Notes: a model not told the origin generated them from the letters alone. 64,000 nt of DNA from Callorhinchus milii (GCF_018977255.1 NW_024704743.1:51710001-51774000); one strand, 5' to 3'. Positions 38,490 through 50,972 are shown, numbered from the stretch's first letter. Program-made: numbers and translations.

Positions 38490-39192
38490 TTCATGGTCCT
38501 CTCCATGACTGATTCAGATCCTACCTTTCGCACAGTCTCCAATTTGTCTCCACAAGTGGTTTCTTCCCAGCCCCCGCATTATTTTGTGCGGACTTCCTTA
38601 GGGCTTTGTCATTGGTCCTCTCCACTTCAACATGTACATGCTCCCTCTTGGTGACATCATCCGCACACATGGGGTCAACTTTCACATGTATGTTGATGAC
38701 ACCCAACTGTACCTGTGTGCCTCCACCCTCAACTCCAGGACCACTGCTGTCCTGACAGACTGCCTGTCCGACATCAAGTCCTGCTTGAGAACTAACTTTC
38801 TCCAGTTGAATGTCAACAAGACTGAGGTTCTCCTTATTGGCTGCAGTCAGGAGGGTCCCAGCATTCTGAGGTGATGTCTGGCATGAAGGCGCTATATAAA
38901 CGCAAGTTGTTGCTGTCAGCACTTCCACACCTCAGCATCACCATCCATGGATGCACACTCCACCTCACTGAGCAAGTCTGGAACCTTGGAACCATTTTGA
39001 CCCTCAACTGTCCTTTCTACTCCACATCTGTGCCATGACCTGCTCTGCCTTACCCCATCTCCACAACACCACCCAGCTCAGCCACTGTCTCTCCCATCAG
39101 GCCGCTGAAACCCTCATCCATGCATTAATTATATCTAGGCTCGACTACGCCAACTCCCTGTTTGTCAGCCTTCCCAACTCTTCCCTCCACAA
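38490..39192 (+). mobile_element. L2 LINE RT fragment with an ~60-bp L2 tail inserted at ~38850-38913
   Basis: [38 protein letters not shown], then AAETLIHALIISRLDYANSL. Confidence 0.88.
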
Positions 39193-39602
39193 TATCATCA
39201 AGCACATGACTCTAATTAAAGGCAGCAATGCTGCAAAAATGGATCAGGTTGGAGTGGAATTCCTGAGTCTGTGGACCATACTTCTAGATAATTTAATAAA
39301 TCCTGATATGAAATTAGAGAATTTACCCCAATCTTCCCAAATATCAAAATACTGAAAGAGATACTCTAAAAGAACATTAAAAAGCAGGTACTGACTTGGC
39401 ACTTAATCGTGCATTTCAAAGTTCTTCTCAGCCCCTGGAAAGAGAAATGGGGTGCAGGGAATATAACTCAGAATTTATATCTAACCAATGTATGCATAAC
39501 CTTTACATTGATTTTACAATGAATACATACTGTTTACCATGGTATACAGGACCTTTAAGGAGTTCAGTGCTTTGGATATAGGATGTGATTGTTCATATTG
39601 CA

Positions 39603-41132
39603 AGCTACCGGCCCATCTCCAACCTCCCCTTTCTCTCCAAGGTCCTGGAAAGAGTTGTCGCCTCCCAACTGCGCTCTTTCCTTTCCACCCATTCACTTTT
39701 CGAACCCCTTCAGTCAGGTTTCCGTGCTGCCCCTGGCACAGAAACTGCCCTGGTCAAGGTCACCAATGATATCCTGACCATCTGTGACCAGGGCTCCCTC
39801 TGCCTCCTCGTCCTCCTCGACCTATCGGCAGCATTCGATACGGTCGATCACGCTATCCTACTCCACCGCTTGTCCTCCCACCTCAACCTTCAAGGCACTG
39901 TCCTTGAATGGTTTAGGTCGTACCTTTCTCACCGTCTTCACTTTGTCTCGACGAATGGCTTCTCCTCCACCCCCCGTACTGTCTCATGTGGTGTCCCTCA
40001 GGGCTTTGTCCTCGGTCCCCTCCTCTTCACCCTCTATATGCTCCCCCTCGGTGACATCATCCGCAGACATGGAGTTAACTTCCACATGTAGGCGGATGAC
40101 ACCCAACTCTACCTTTCCTCCTCTACTCTCAACTCCACGACCACCGATGTCCTGACAGCCTGCCTGTCCGACATCGAGTCCTGGACGAGAGACAACTTTC
40201 TTCAGCTCAACGTGCGAAAAACCGAGGCCCTCCTGATTGGCTCACGTCAGCGCCTCCGCACCTCAGGCGCCGACACCATCAGCATCCAAGGCTGCACTCT
40301 CCACCTCTCAAAGCCAGTCAGGAACCTCGGCATTTTGTTCGACCCTGAGCTGTCCTTTCTCCCTCACATCCGCACCACAACTGGCACCGCCTTCCATCAC
40401 CTCCGGAACATCGCCAGACTACGGCACTACCTCACCCCTCACGCTGCTGAAACCCTGGTTCACGCCTTTGTCACCTCAAGGCTGGACTATGGGAACTCTC
40501 TCCTCGCCGGCCTTCCCGCCACCTCCCTCCACAAGCTGCAGGTCATTCAGAACTCTGCAGCTCGTGTACTGTCCCGCACCAGGCTTCGGGACCACATCAC
40601 TCCCACCCTCGCTCGCCTCCACTGGCTCCCCATCCCCCAGAGGATTGATTTCAAGATCCTCATCCTCACCTACAAGGCCATTCACGGCCTTGCTCCCTCC
40701 TACCTCTCCAACCTACTATCCCCCTACCTACCTGCCCGTACCCTCCGTTCCTCTGGCTCCGGTCTGCTCCACGTCCCCCGCCCCAATCGCCCTACCATCG
40801 GTGGTCGGGCTTTCAGCCTCTCAGCCCCTAGGCTCTGGAACTCTATCCCCCAGTGCCTTCGCCTTGCTTCCTCCCTTTCCTCCTTCAAGGCCGGTCTCAA
40901 AACCTTTCTCTTTGACCGAGCCTTCAGCTCCCCTTTCGACTCTCTTCCCCCTCCTCGCTCCCTCCCTTCCCTCCCCTCACCCTGACCATTTCCCCCCTCC
41001 TCGCTCCCTCCCTTCCCTCCCCTCACCCTGACTAGTTCCCCCTGCTCGGGTCATGACCCAACTGTGCAGCGCCTTGGGACGTCCTCCTGACGTGAAAGGC
41101 GCTTTATAAATGGAATCTTGTTGTTGTTGTTG
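39603..41132 (+). mobile_element. Young L2 LINE (tail type A), 5'-truncated; RT domain to 3' end, one nonsense mutation
   Basis: [54 protein letters not shown] continues in frame to the stop at 40985; tail CTTGGGACGTCCTCCTGACGTGAAAGGCGCTTTATAAATGGAATC(TTG)n. Confidence 0.96.
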
Positions 41133-42154
41133 ATTGTACAAGTAGAATTGTTAAAATCCGGGTCTAATTTACAGTATCACCTCGATCGGATTTCTTAATA
41201 AGCATTTTGAGTTGTGCAAACAAGGAATTCTTCCAGTACTGTTATATTGATCGACAGCAGGAACTCCATTCTGACTTGAACCATGTTCTTACAGGTCAAT
41301 GCAACCTTTAACTGGATTCCTATGGGATAACTGCAAGTTAGAACCCCCAAAAATTAAATCAATTTTATATGCTAAGCGTAATAGCCACTAATTTGACTTG
41401 TTTTATTAATTAGTTATTGTCTTAGAACTGTGGCTTGCTTGAACAATTACACTTTCAGAATTTTGTTAAGACCCTGACCTTTTGGCCTCAGAATCAATGC
41501 CACTGAGCCTTTCAGCCCTTCCAATGTTGCCTTTCTTGTATTTAGGCATTGTTTATTTTCAATCGCAGACCTGCAATTTGATAGCACAACAAAAGAGCAT
41601 GTACAAGACTTAAAAAGCTTGCCTCACTGGTGTCATCGTACCTTTTAGTTTGTGGAAACTGTACAAACGTAGTCTCTCACCAGCAAATTAAGGTCAGTAA
41701 GGATTAACTGACAGTAACCCTATCAGCCCCAGTGCAATTGTTACAAAAAGCATTGACACAACCCATCATCAGTCTCTTTCTGAAGAAAGCTATCTGTTTA
41801 ATTCTCTGATATTCAACCACAAAGGTAGGGTAGCACATCTCCGACTGCTGCTCTTTGTGCCCGTTTTCATTACTGTTTGATTTAACATGACTCCCCAAAC
41901 TCCATCAATCATCCTGTCGGTAATGATTTGTGTTGTTTCTTTCACGTGGCGGCCTTCATTATAGTGTAGTCAGGTACTTACTTGATAGTATTTAAAATTA
42001 GAGAGATTAGAGTAGACTGCAGTGAATCACATAACGTCAGTTTTATTTCTTGGCTCACTGGAAACTAGAAGTTTGATCAGAAGTGGTGACATCTGCAAAT
42101 GGATGCATCAGCTGTGATTATTGACTAATAAGATGTCCAACATTAAAAAAAAGC

Positions 42155-42540
42155 TTACATTTGACATAAGGAGGATGTCTCAAAATGCTTCAGTGGGCAT
42201 TCAATAAACTGCAGTGATTGTGTATTTTGTAGGTGAACACAGCAACCAATTTTTGTGCAATGCAATCCACCAAGCAGCTATGAAGTGAATGAACAATTTT
42301 GTTTTTCGGGATTGTTAACTAGGATACTGGGAGAAACTCCCTTCTCTATTGAAATAGTGAAATCTTTAACGTCCACTTAAAAGTGTAAAAGGGATCACAG
42401 TTTAACGTCTCATTCGAAGGATGGCAACTCCAACAATGAAGCACAACCCCAGCACTGGGCCAGAGAGTCATCCAAGACTATATGAGTTCAAAGTCCCAAA
42501 ATGGGGCTTGCACACAAATCCCCCAGATTCAGAGACAAGA
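42155..42540 (-). mobile_element. SacSINE1/Deu-like SINE
   Basis: Plus strand CAGTTTAACGTCTCATTCGAAGGATGGCA..AATGGGGCTTG..GATTCAGAGACAAGA. Confidence 0.7.
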
Positions 42541-42922
42541 CAGACTGACACATGACTGAAAGACTGACATATTGCAATATATATAACAAAAGAAAGTTAA
42601 CCAGAAGTGGAAGGAATCCCATGTGACACTTTGTCGATTCAAAATATTTTTAGCAATATACAAAGCAAAGAAATGCAAAATGTCCAACGTAACACCACTG
42701 GTGGTACCAAAACATCCAAATCCCCACTATCTTAGTCATTGTACTAAAAACAATAACAATACAGCACCCTTCACGCAGATTAGTGTCTCGGGCGTGCTGA
42801 ACAATTGCATAGTTTGACGCCGAGCCAAGGAGAAATGGGAGGTGATCACAAGCACTGTCGAAGAGGAAAGTCTTCATGTGCAATCTGAGGACGGGTAAAG
42901 AGAGGGTACGGCAGAGGGATTG

Positions 42923-43238
42923 AATAATAATAATAATATTAATCCTTGCATTTGATATAGCGCTTTTCACGTCTTCTGGACGTCTCAAAGCGCTTCACAG
43001 AATATGCTGTAAAGTGAATTGACCGTATATTTGTGGGCGAAACGCAGCAGCCAATTGCGCATAGCAGTGTCCCACAAACAGTCGTGGATTGAAAATGAAC
43101 AATTTATTATTGTTTTGTTTTGGAGGGATTATTGTTAGCTGTGTGGAGTAAGAAAACTTGCCCAAGGTCTCGCCTTGCCTGGAATTGAACCCAGGTGTCT
43201 CACTTGCAAGGCGAGTGCTCTCGAGCCAGTGAGCTCCC
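42923..43238 (-). mobile_element. Young tRNA-Ala-derived SINE, short form, abutting an L2 3' fragment (42755-42922)
   Basis: Head GAGCACTCGCCTTGCAAGTGAGACACCTGGGTTCAATTCC; tail GAGACGTCCAGAAGACGTGAAAAGCGCTATATCAAATGCAAGG. Confidence 0.88.
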
Positions 43239-45238
43239 AATAAAAGGAGATTCATTGGTCATTCATCTCATTGTTGTTTTGGAGACATTGTTAATAACAA
43301 TGTAGGAATCTGTTCTGCCAATTTGTAACACAATACTGTACAATTTACATTTATATAGAACCTTTCATCTCAACGGAGGAGAACATCTCAAAGTGCTTCA
43401 CAATGTTGGATAGGTACCTGAGCTGGGACAGAATAAAAATAGAGAGCAATTGCAATTGCAATTGTTTGTTTCACTTGCCTCCTTTTTAAGGTGCAAGCAT
43501 TACACCATCTTTAAGTGAAAGATCACATAGAAAAATAAGACAAGTATTGTAATCACTTTCTTTGTATAGCACAGGAATGTAGATAGGACTGAAGGTTATG
43601 CTTCTCATGATTCATTTGAATTGGCTTTGTGGCATAGGTGTACCATCACAACAGAGAAGAATACATTTTTTACAATCGTCTGATACAAGTTCCTTGCTAT
43701 AGAAACATCACCTTATAATGACGCCTTCTTAGACATGGCATTTGATGACTGAGTCAGGCTAGTCATTTTAAAAAGTCATTTATACATACAATATGCAGTA
43801 AACGTAAGTCAACAGGCTTTGAAGGATGAAACAATAGAACATACTGTCTCCATAGCAACACATTAACTGTTCTGTACAGAGCATTTAATGTGTATTTTAA
43901 TTAGGACTGTGCCAACCAATTATTTTTGTAATTGAATATTCTATTATTAAAATGATTGATCAAATATTCAAAACTGAGACTGTTCATTGCGATGCCAAAA
44001 CATTGATGTACAAGTCAAGGAGCATACAGTTAAACAGAAAGTGATATGGGCACAGTTCAAGATCATGTGGAATGTATTTTTCAACCAACGCAGATCAGTA
44101 ACAATTTACTCTCATTGAGAATTGCAGAGCAATGGTTGGTTTTAATCTTCTGCCTGCAAAATTGTTAACATTTATCTATTAAACACAACAGACTCGGGCA
44201 CGCCTGTTTTATGTAGTAAAGCATAACAAACTAGAGATTTCAAGATAGCTTTGTTCTTTTCAGAATGCCAAGGAAATAGACGACAAAAGATGAAGGTTTT
44301 AATTTTTCCCCACTGTGTATGCATGTATATATCACCTAATCTGCTTACAAACTCATGCTGCACTGTAAATTGTTTGTGCATTAATTTTGCTTTCCCTCTT
44401 GGACATAGGCAAATTGTGCCTCTGCAATTTAGTCAAGACTAATTAGAAAAGGTACTCCAAAGGTAAATGAAACAAGATGCAAATGAGATTTTCCACACTG
44501 AAAAAGATGATCAAACAACCTGCTCGTGAGAACAAATACAAAATGACTGGATCCAGGCACAGCAGGAAATAGAATAGGAAGATTCTAAATTGGTCCATAA
44601 ACCTCAATGTGCATTTTGCTAGATTTCTAGATTTCATCAGAAAGTTGGTTTTATTACCATTCCCAGTGAGATTATTTAATAATAATAATAATAATATAAT
44701 AATAATACTTGCATTTGATATAGCGAGGAGAACATTATTTATTTGAGAAGGTGAATGTTAAATCTGGGGAATTATACAACAGGCAAAGGCAGAGCAGGCC
44801 TTTTCCAGTGAATGTGATGTGACTCACCCACACTGCTCCACTGTAAAAGTCTCCAGTCAATTTCAAAATGGATTAGCAGCCATTAGTTCTAGCAGTCTTA
44901 GCCCATTTGTCTTAACATTTAAGATCACATGAGAATAATGGAAAAATATTAATTTGGAAGCTGGTTTCTTTTTAAGAGTTGCAGAAAACCAGCTTCCATA
45001 TTAATAATAATATTCTTTGCATTTGATAGAACGCCTTATTGCATCTTTGAGCTTTCTCAAAGCGCTTCACGGAATATACTGTAGTGAATTGACTGTATAT
45101 TTTGTGGGTGAAACACGGCAGCCAATTGTCCACAGCAGTTAAGACTAAATGTAACAATTTTCCAGAATTCTGCATGATTTAAAATTTTTAAGATAAAATG
45201 GTATTTACTGGCTGTCAGTAGGTGGGGCTTTGAAGTCC

Positions 45239-46676
45239 CCTAGATCCCTCAAACCTCAGCCACTACTGCCTTATTTCTAACCTGCCCTTCCTCGCAAAAC
45301 TCCTAGAACCCGTTGTTGCCAATCAACTTCGCGCACACCTCTCCTCCCACTCCCTCTTCGAACCCCTCCAGTCCAGTTTCCGCTCTGCCCACAGTACAGA
45401 AACTGCGCTTGTGAAAGTCACAAATGACATCCTCTCTATCTGTGCCCAGGGCTCCCTCTGCCCCCTTGTCCTCCTGGACCTCTCCACCGCGTTCGACACA
45501 GTCAATCACGCCATCCTCTTCCACCGCCTTTCCTCTGTCATCCACCTCGCCTGGTTCGAGTCCTACCTCACAAACCTCCAGCAGTACATCTGTACAAACA
45601 GCTTCTCCTCCCGCTCTCACCCGGTGACCTGCGGGGTACCCCAAGGATCCATCTTTGGCCCCCTCCTCTTTCTGATCTACATGCTCCCTCTTGGGGAAGT
45701 CATCCACAGACATGGGGTACATTTCCACATGTATGCGGATGACACCTAACTCTATTTTTCCACCTCACTTTGCGTCCCCCAGTACTCTGATGTTCTGTCA
45801 GCCTGGCTGTCAGACCTCAGGGGCTGGATGAGCGCAAATTTCCTTCAGATGAACGTTGACAAGACAGAAGCCATACTCTTTGGCTCTCGTTAAAATCTAA
45901 AATCTCACGGTTCTCACCTCCTCCACCTACCCGACCTCCCCCTAAAACTCTCTGAACCCATATGCAACCTAGGTGTCAGGTTCAATCCCCAATTATCCTT
46001 CCTCCCCCCACATCCAGGCGCTCACCAGCACTGTTTTCTTCCACCTCCGACGCATCGCCCGTCTCCGCCAATACCTCTCTCCGAAAGCCGCTGAAACCCT
46101 GGTCCATGTCTTTGTCACCACTCGTCTGGACTATTCAAATGCCCTCCTCGCCGGTCTCCCCTCCACTACTATCCATAAAATCCAGATTATTCAAAACTCT
46201 GCCACCTGCATTCTCACCCGCACCAAACTCCGCTCCCCGATTACCCCAGTCCTTGGCTCCCTGTCCCAGAGAGGATCGATTTCAAGATCCTCACCCTTGT
46301 CTTCAAATCCCTCCACTCCTCCGCACCGCCCTACCTCTCTGACCTCCTCTCTCCTCAAAACAGTGCCCGTTGCCTTCGTTCCTCCTGGTCTGGCCTCCTC
46401 CTTGTCCCCCGAGTGCTCCACTCCACCCTCGGCGGCCATGCCTTCAGCCACTATGCCCAGAGGCTCTGGAACTCCCTTCCTCACTCCCTTCGCCTCACTC
46501 CCTCTCTTCCTATTTTCAGGTCTCTGCTGAAGACCTTTCTTTTCAACCGGGCCTTTGGTCAACTTCCTCCCCCTCCCCCTGGCTCGACCCCGGGATCCGT
46601 TACTGTGAAGCGTTCTGGGATGCCGTCCGGCATGGAGGGTGCTATATAAATCCAAGTTGTTGTTATTGTTGTTGTT
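45239..46676 (+). mobile_element. L2 LINE (tail type B), RT domain to 3' end, degenerate
   Basis: KVTNDIL..LLDLSTAFDTVNH..GVPQGSIFGPLLF..MYADDT, then RLDYSNALLAGLP..GGHAFSHYAQRLWNSLP; tail CTGGGATGCCGTCCGGCATGGAGGGTGCTATATAAATCCAAG(TTG)n. Confidence 0.94.
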
Positions 46677-48591
46677 GACAGCCTGCAAACTAGATAAATG
46701 TTTCATTTATGTGTATATCAAGCAGCTTTAGCAACTTCAATCTTTTCCCACCCGTCCTTCAGACAATTGTGTATGTTAAAATGCGTTAAACTAGTGTGGT
46801 CCTTGCAAAAACAAAACACAAAAGTGTTGGCTAGCAAATCAAATTGTTACATTTCTAGCTGTGCCTGTATGTAGCATCTGTTATTAGCAGAATAAATTCA
46901 GGCATAAAACAGCAAGCAGGCTAGAAAAATGCACAATTGATATGTTTTGCACGTTGAGAGCAGTCCGTTCAGCTTCAACAATTTTCTATGTGTTTTGTTG
47001 CTGTAACGAACCATTATATAGGGTCTTTCCAAAGTTAACTCTTGAGAAAAGCAGATTTAAATAATGTGTCCAGTTTAAGTAGGAAATTAGATGAGAATAC
47101 ACCTCCTAAAGTAGCTGGTTACACTCAGTAATAAATGCATTCATGTGGGCAAATTTAACTGCACAAACTACCTGCACCTGGAAAAATACAGAACGCAAAA
47201 CTGTTATGTGAGTCTATGAGATACAATTTATATTTCACAAGTGTGCACTGACAACCTGAGAAGCCTTCTTATAATTTGTCCCTTGTGAGTTACTGTCATC
47301 ACAACAATTGCAATATAGGTGACATGCCATTGGCTCCTCATTCTATATTCCATTCATAACAACTTTAGTTTCACAATTAAAATGCTAAATGCAGTTAGTA
47401 AAAGGCGACCCCCACTATAATATGGTATGCTGGATGTAAAAAAATTAGATGGCGCGATATAAAGGGTCTGCAAAAAATAAGTGCTCTCCAGACCCACTTC
47501 CGGGTCATCAGGTCGCTGCTGACATTACATCTACCTTCCTGCACAGGAAGATGGCCAGAAGAGGGAAGTGTATAGCACTTCTGGTAACAGTGGGTTTTGT
47601 GAAAACTCAAGGTCTAGTGAGGTGTTTAACAAGTGGGTCGCCCTGTTCATTATAACTTTAGTTGGGACTAAATTGAAACACAGATTGCACTGTGGTTCTG
47701 GTCAAATCAGTGTAACTTCTTTCACTGCATCTATTCTCAGCTGTCATATAATTTGCAAGAAGCACAATCAGTATAGTGGTTTTACATAGAGGTCAACACA
47801 TGTTGCATAATATTCGATGCAGTGCAAGTGCACATACAAAGCTTTGCACTTGTCTTATGCATATAACACCTTGATCCTACTTTCAATTGAACCTAGACTA
47901 TTTCAGTGACAAAAGCAGCCCAACTAGTGTCCCCTCACAAAGATTATCTGTCTCTGAATTCAAGCAGCGTCTAATGGTCTTGGGCATGAGATCTGCAGAT
48001 GTCCTCAACAGATAGAAATGTGTGAGCACATTGCATTCTATGTTGATCTTCCTACTGCTGAATTGTTCTAGTATTGGAAATGTTAGGGCATGTGTGACAA
48101 CCATCAGCTTTGGCAGCTTGTTAAATTCCATCTTACTGACAAACTGACTCTGATACAGAACTACAGAACTGACTTCTTCTTTTGGCATATCTGTTCCTTT
48201 GCGCTGACATTTCCCTTTCTCTGCTGTTATGGTGCAATTTAAATGATCTTTGGTGAAGGGAGCAAAGGACTGTGATGTGTTTTTCTGAACACTCAAGGAA
48301 TCCCATTTATTCCTATGTTAGTGGAAGCAGGATTGAGAATTCTATATCTGTGATTTAATGCTCAGGGACAAACTGCACTTCAATCTAGCAAAATATCTGA
48401 GAGATGGTATAAGCAAGCACTACTGAGGAGAATTAAAGTGTAAAATATTCCTTTCTAGCTAAAGTTAAAATGAACTAATTCTAAGGCAAACTATCAAAAG
48501 CTCTACACTGGTTTGCAATATAATGGAATTTCTACATTCTACATGAATCACAAGTTGTATAAAAGAATGGGATGGAAATCATGATGCATGA

Positions 48592-48905
48592 CGCAGGTCA
48601 CCGGGTGAGAGCGGGAGGAGAAGCCGTTTGTACAGATGTACTGCTGGAGGTTTGTGAGGTAGGACTCAAACCAGGCGAGGTGGATGACAGAGGAAAGGCG
48701 GTGGAAGAGGATGGCGTGATCGACTGTGTCGAACGCGGTGGAGAGGTCCAGGAGGACAAGGGGGCAGAGGGAGCCCTGGGCACAGATAGAGAGGATGTCA
48801 TTTGTGACTTTCACAAGCGCAGTTTCTGTACTGTGGGCAGAGCGGAAACTGGACTGGAGGGGTTCGAAGAGGGAGTGGGAGGAGAGGTGTGCGCGAAGTT
48901 GATTG
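48592..48905 (-). repeat. 314-bp inverted near-identical copy of the L2 segment 45320-45633
   Basis: By manual comparison the reverse complement matches 45320-45633 with three substitutions and the same SSVIHL^AWF short deletion. Confidence 0.92.
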
Positions 48906-49109
48906 TTTTCTAGAACACTGCTAAACTGGCTTCTACCATTCTTAGTTAATTTTTCTAAAAGTCACTGACAATCTCATCAGCGATTATCTTGGGGTCCAGT
49001 CAGCAACAACTACACTCAGACTCCATGAGTGAGACCAATCATCACATAAATTTAAAAAATGTAATATTCATTACCAAAATTTAAACTCGCCTTCTATTCC
49101 TGTGTAGAA

Positions 49110-49520
49110 AACAACAACAACAAATAAAATTACATTTATGGAGCACCTTTCACGTTGGGAGGACGTCCCAAAGCACTGAATAGTCAGGTGTCGGGGCCCG
49201 AGCATGGGGGAGAGGTAGTGAACGGGTGAAGGAAAGCAGAGAGGTGGGAGGGCGACCAAAGGCACGATCGAAGAGAAGGGTCTTGAGACTGGCCTTGAAG
49301 GAGGCAAGGGAGGAAGCGAGGAGAAGGGACCGTGGGATGGAGTTCCAGAGTGTGGGGACAGAGAGGCTGAAAGCCCAGCCACTGATGGTAGGGCGGGTCG
49401 GGCGGGAGACACGGAGCAGGCCGGAGCCCGATGAACAGAGGGAGCGGGCAGGTTGGTAGAGAGTAAGCAGGTCAGCGGGGTAGGAGAGGGCAAGGCCATA
49501 GATGGCCTTAAAGGTGACCA
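49110..49520 (-). mobile_element. L2 LINE 3' end (tail type A)
   Basis: VTFKAIYGLALSY..SGSGLLRVSRPTRPTISGWAFS..LWNSIP..FKASLKTLLF; tail GGGACGTCCTCCCAACGTGAAAGG. Confidence 0.92.
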
Positions 49521-50080
49521 AGAAAACTCAAAGTTTGGCCAAGCTACACGTAGGCAAATATGAATATTCAATATTTTGCTGCATATTGATAGAGTTAGAA
49601 TATTGTAATGTGGAAAATTAAGAGCGGTTGGTATTTACCGCTATGTACGTTTCTACATCCCTTAACAATAAAGAAATTTTATTATTGAAATCTATATAAA
49701 TGTTATTATGAAAAAAAATTAGAAGACAGACCATGACTAAAGTTTAGTTCAATAAATATAACTATTCTGAAAAAAATATGCATATGTAATGTCCATGTGG
49801 TAAAGCACTCTATATATTGGTGGTTACCTGCTGAATATTCAACTTGAACCTTCCTGCCAGAACTGAATGATGGGAGGATACACAGTTCAGATGTATATCA
49901 AAGGCAAAGCCTCTTTTTTGGCACATACTACATCATTTTCCAATTTGTTTACAAATTTATATGAGGAAGATGTTTGACTGCAGTTGTCCATTACCTGTCA
50001 AACAAGTAGATTCTGAATACCAGCCAACTCGTCTAATATACTGTTTGTATAGCTGAACTGGATATGATTGTATGGGAAAC

Positions 50081-50186
50081 AAAACACAAAATACTGTAGT
50101 TGCTGGAAATCTGAAAACAAAAACAGAATTCGCTGGGAACACTCAGCAGGTCAGGCAGCATCTACGGAGAAAGGAAAGTGAGTCAA
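50081..50186 (+). mobile_element. Penelope-associated terminal repeat fragment of the kind common in shark genomes
   Basis: CACAAAATACTGTAGTTGCTGGAAATCTGAAAACAAAAACAGAA..GCTGGGAACACTCAGCAGGTCAGGCAGCATCTACGGAGA; recognised from memory. A more degenerate relative may lie at ~24675-24750. Confidence 0.6.
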
Positions 50187-50460
50187 ATTGTACAGGAATG
50201 TGTTGAGCGCTGAGTAGCACAAGGTTGGCTAGCAAAGCTTTTATAGTTTAATTCTTTTTATAAGATGGTTCGGATTGTCATTTTTATTTATAAATTTAAA
50301 GAGAAAAGCAAAGTCCCAACAAGAGATACAGAGAAATTGTTTTGACCGAGGCCTGAAATCTCTCACAATCTTAGCCTCCAGGCCATAGTCTTAAAAGTGA
50401 AGAATTTACAAAATTTTAAAAATTCTTACATACCATCGTAAAATTGGAAGTTGGTTCTGT

Positions 50461-50826
50461 GGAGCCCTGTACCTCAATGGTTAGAGCACTTGCTTCTCAA
50501 GCGAGAGGACCTGAGTTCAATTTGCAGGCAGGGCGAAACCTTAGGTAAGTTTCCTTACTCCATACGCCTCTGTTTATCTAGCAGTAAGTAGGAACCCAGT
50601 TGTTAGTCGATTGAAGGAACGCTTTTTCTGGGGTAAAAATCCTTCAAAAATAAATAAACAAATAAAAATAATAATAATTTGGTCACTCAATCCACAACTG
50701 TTTGTGGGACACTACTGTGTGCAATTGGTTACCGTGTTTTGCCCATAAAAATATAATAATTCAATTCACTTGATATGATAAGATGTGATAAGGTGCTATA
50801 TCAAATGCAAGGATTATTATTATTAT
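50461..50826 (+). mobile_element. tRNA-derived SINE, long form
   Basis: GGAGCCCTGTACCTCAATGGTTAGAGCACT..GAGTTCAA..CCTTAGGTAAGTTTCCTTACTCCATACGCCTCTGTTTATCTAGCAGTAAGTAGGAACCCAG..tail (TTA)n. Confidence 0.88.
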
Positions 50827-50834
50827 TTTATAGA

Positions 50835-50972
50835 CAAAGAGAGGTTATAATTTGTTGGGTATGTGAGAATGGATTAAAGGGGTGGAGGCTCGTGTGGAAT
50901 ATGAATACTAGCACGCACCAGCTGAGCTGAATGGCCTGTTTCCAAACTGTACAGTCTATATAATTCTATGTA
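50835..50972 (+). mobile_element. CR1 3' terminal fragment
   Basis: GCTGAATGGCCTGTTTCC..CTGTAC..TAATTCTATGTAA, similar to 10965-11008. Confidence 0.6.

Noticed and set aside
39585..40985. Prokaryote-style RT system (retron, DGR or group II intron)
   Set aside because: The motifs ([32 protein letters not shown]) and the microsatellite tail identify a vertebrate L2 non-LTR element.
40237..41031. 264-aa Pro/Ser-rich ORF and similar Gly/Glu/Arg-rich antisense ORFs over L2 copies
   Set aside because: Alternate-frame shadows of C-rich L2 coding sequence.
47403..47643. GGCGACCC/GGGTCGCC inverted pair as a MITE
   Set aside because: Only ~8 bp of complementarity and no target duplication.
47898..48296. 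132-aa minus-strand ORF in unique DNA
   Set aside because: TTG start, no recognisable domain or clear splice sites; roughly one ORF of this length is plausible by chance in 64 kb.
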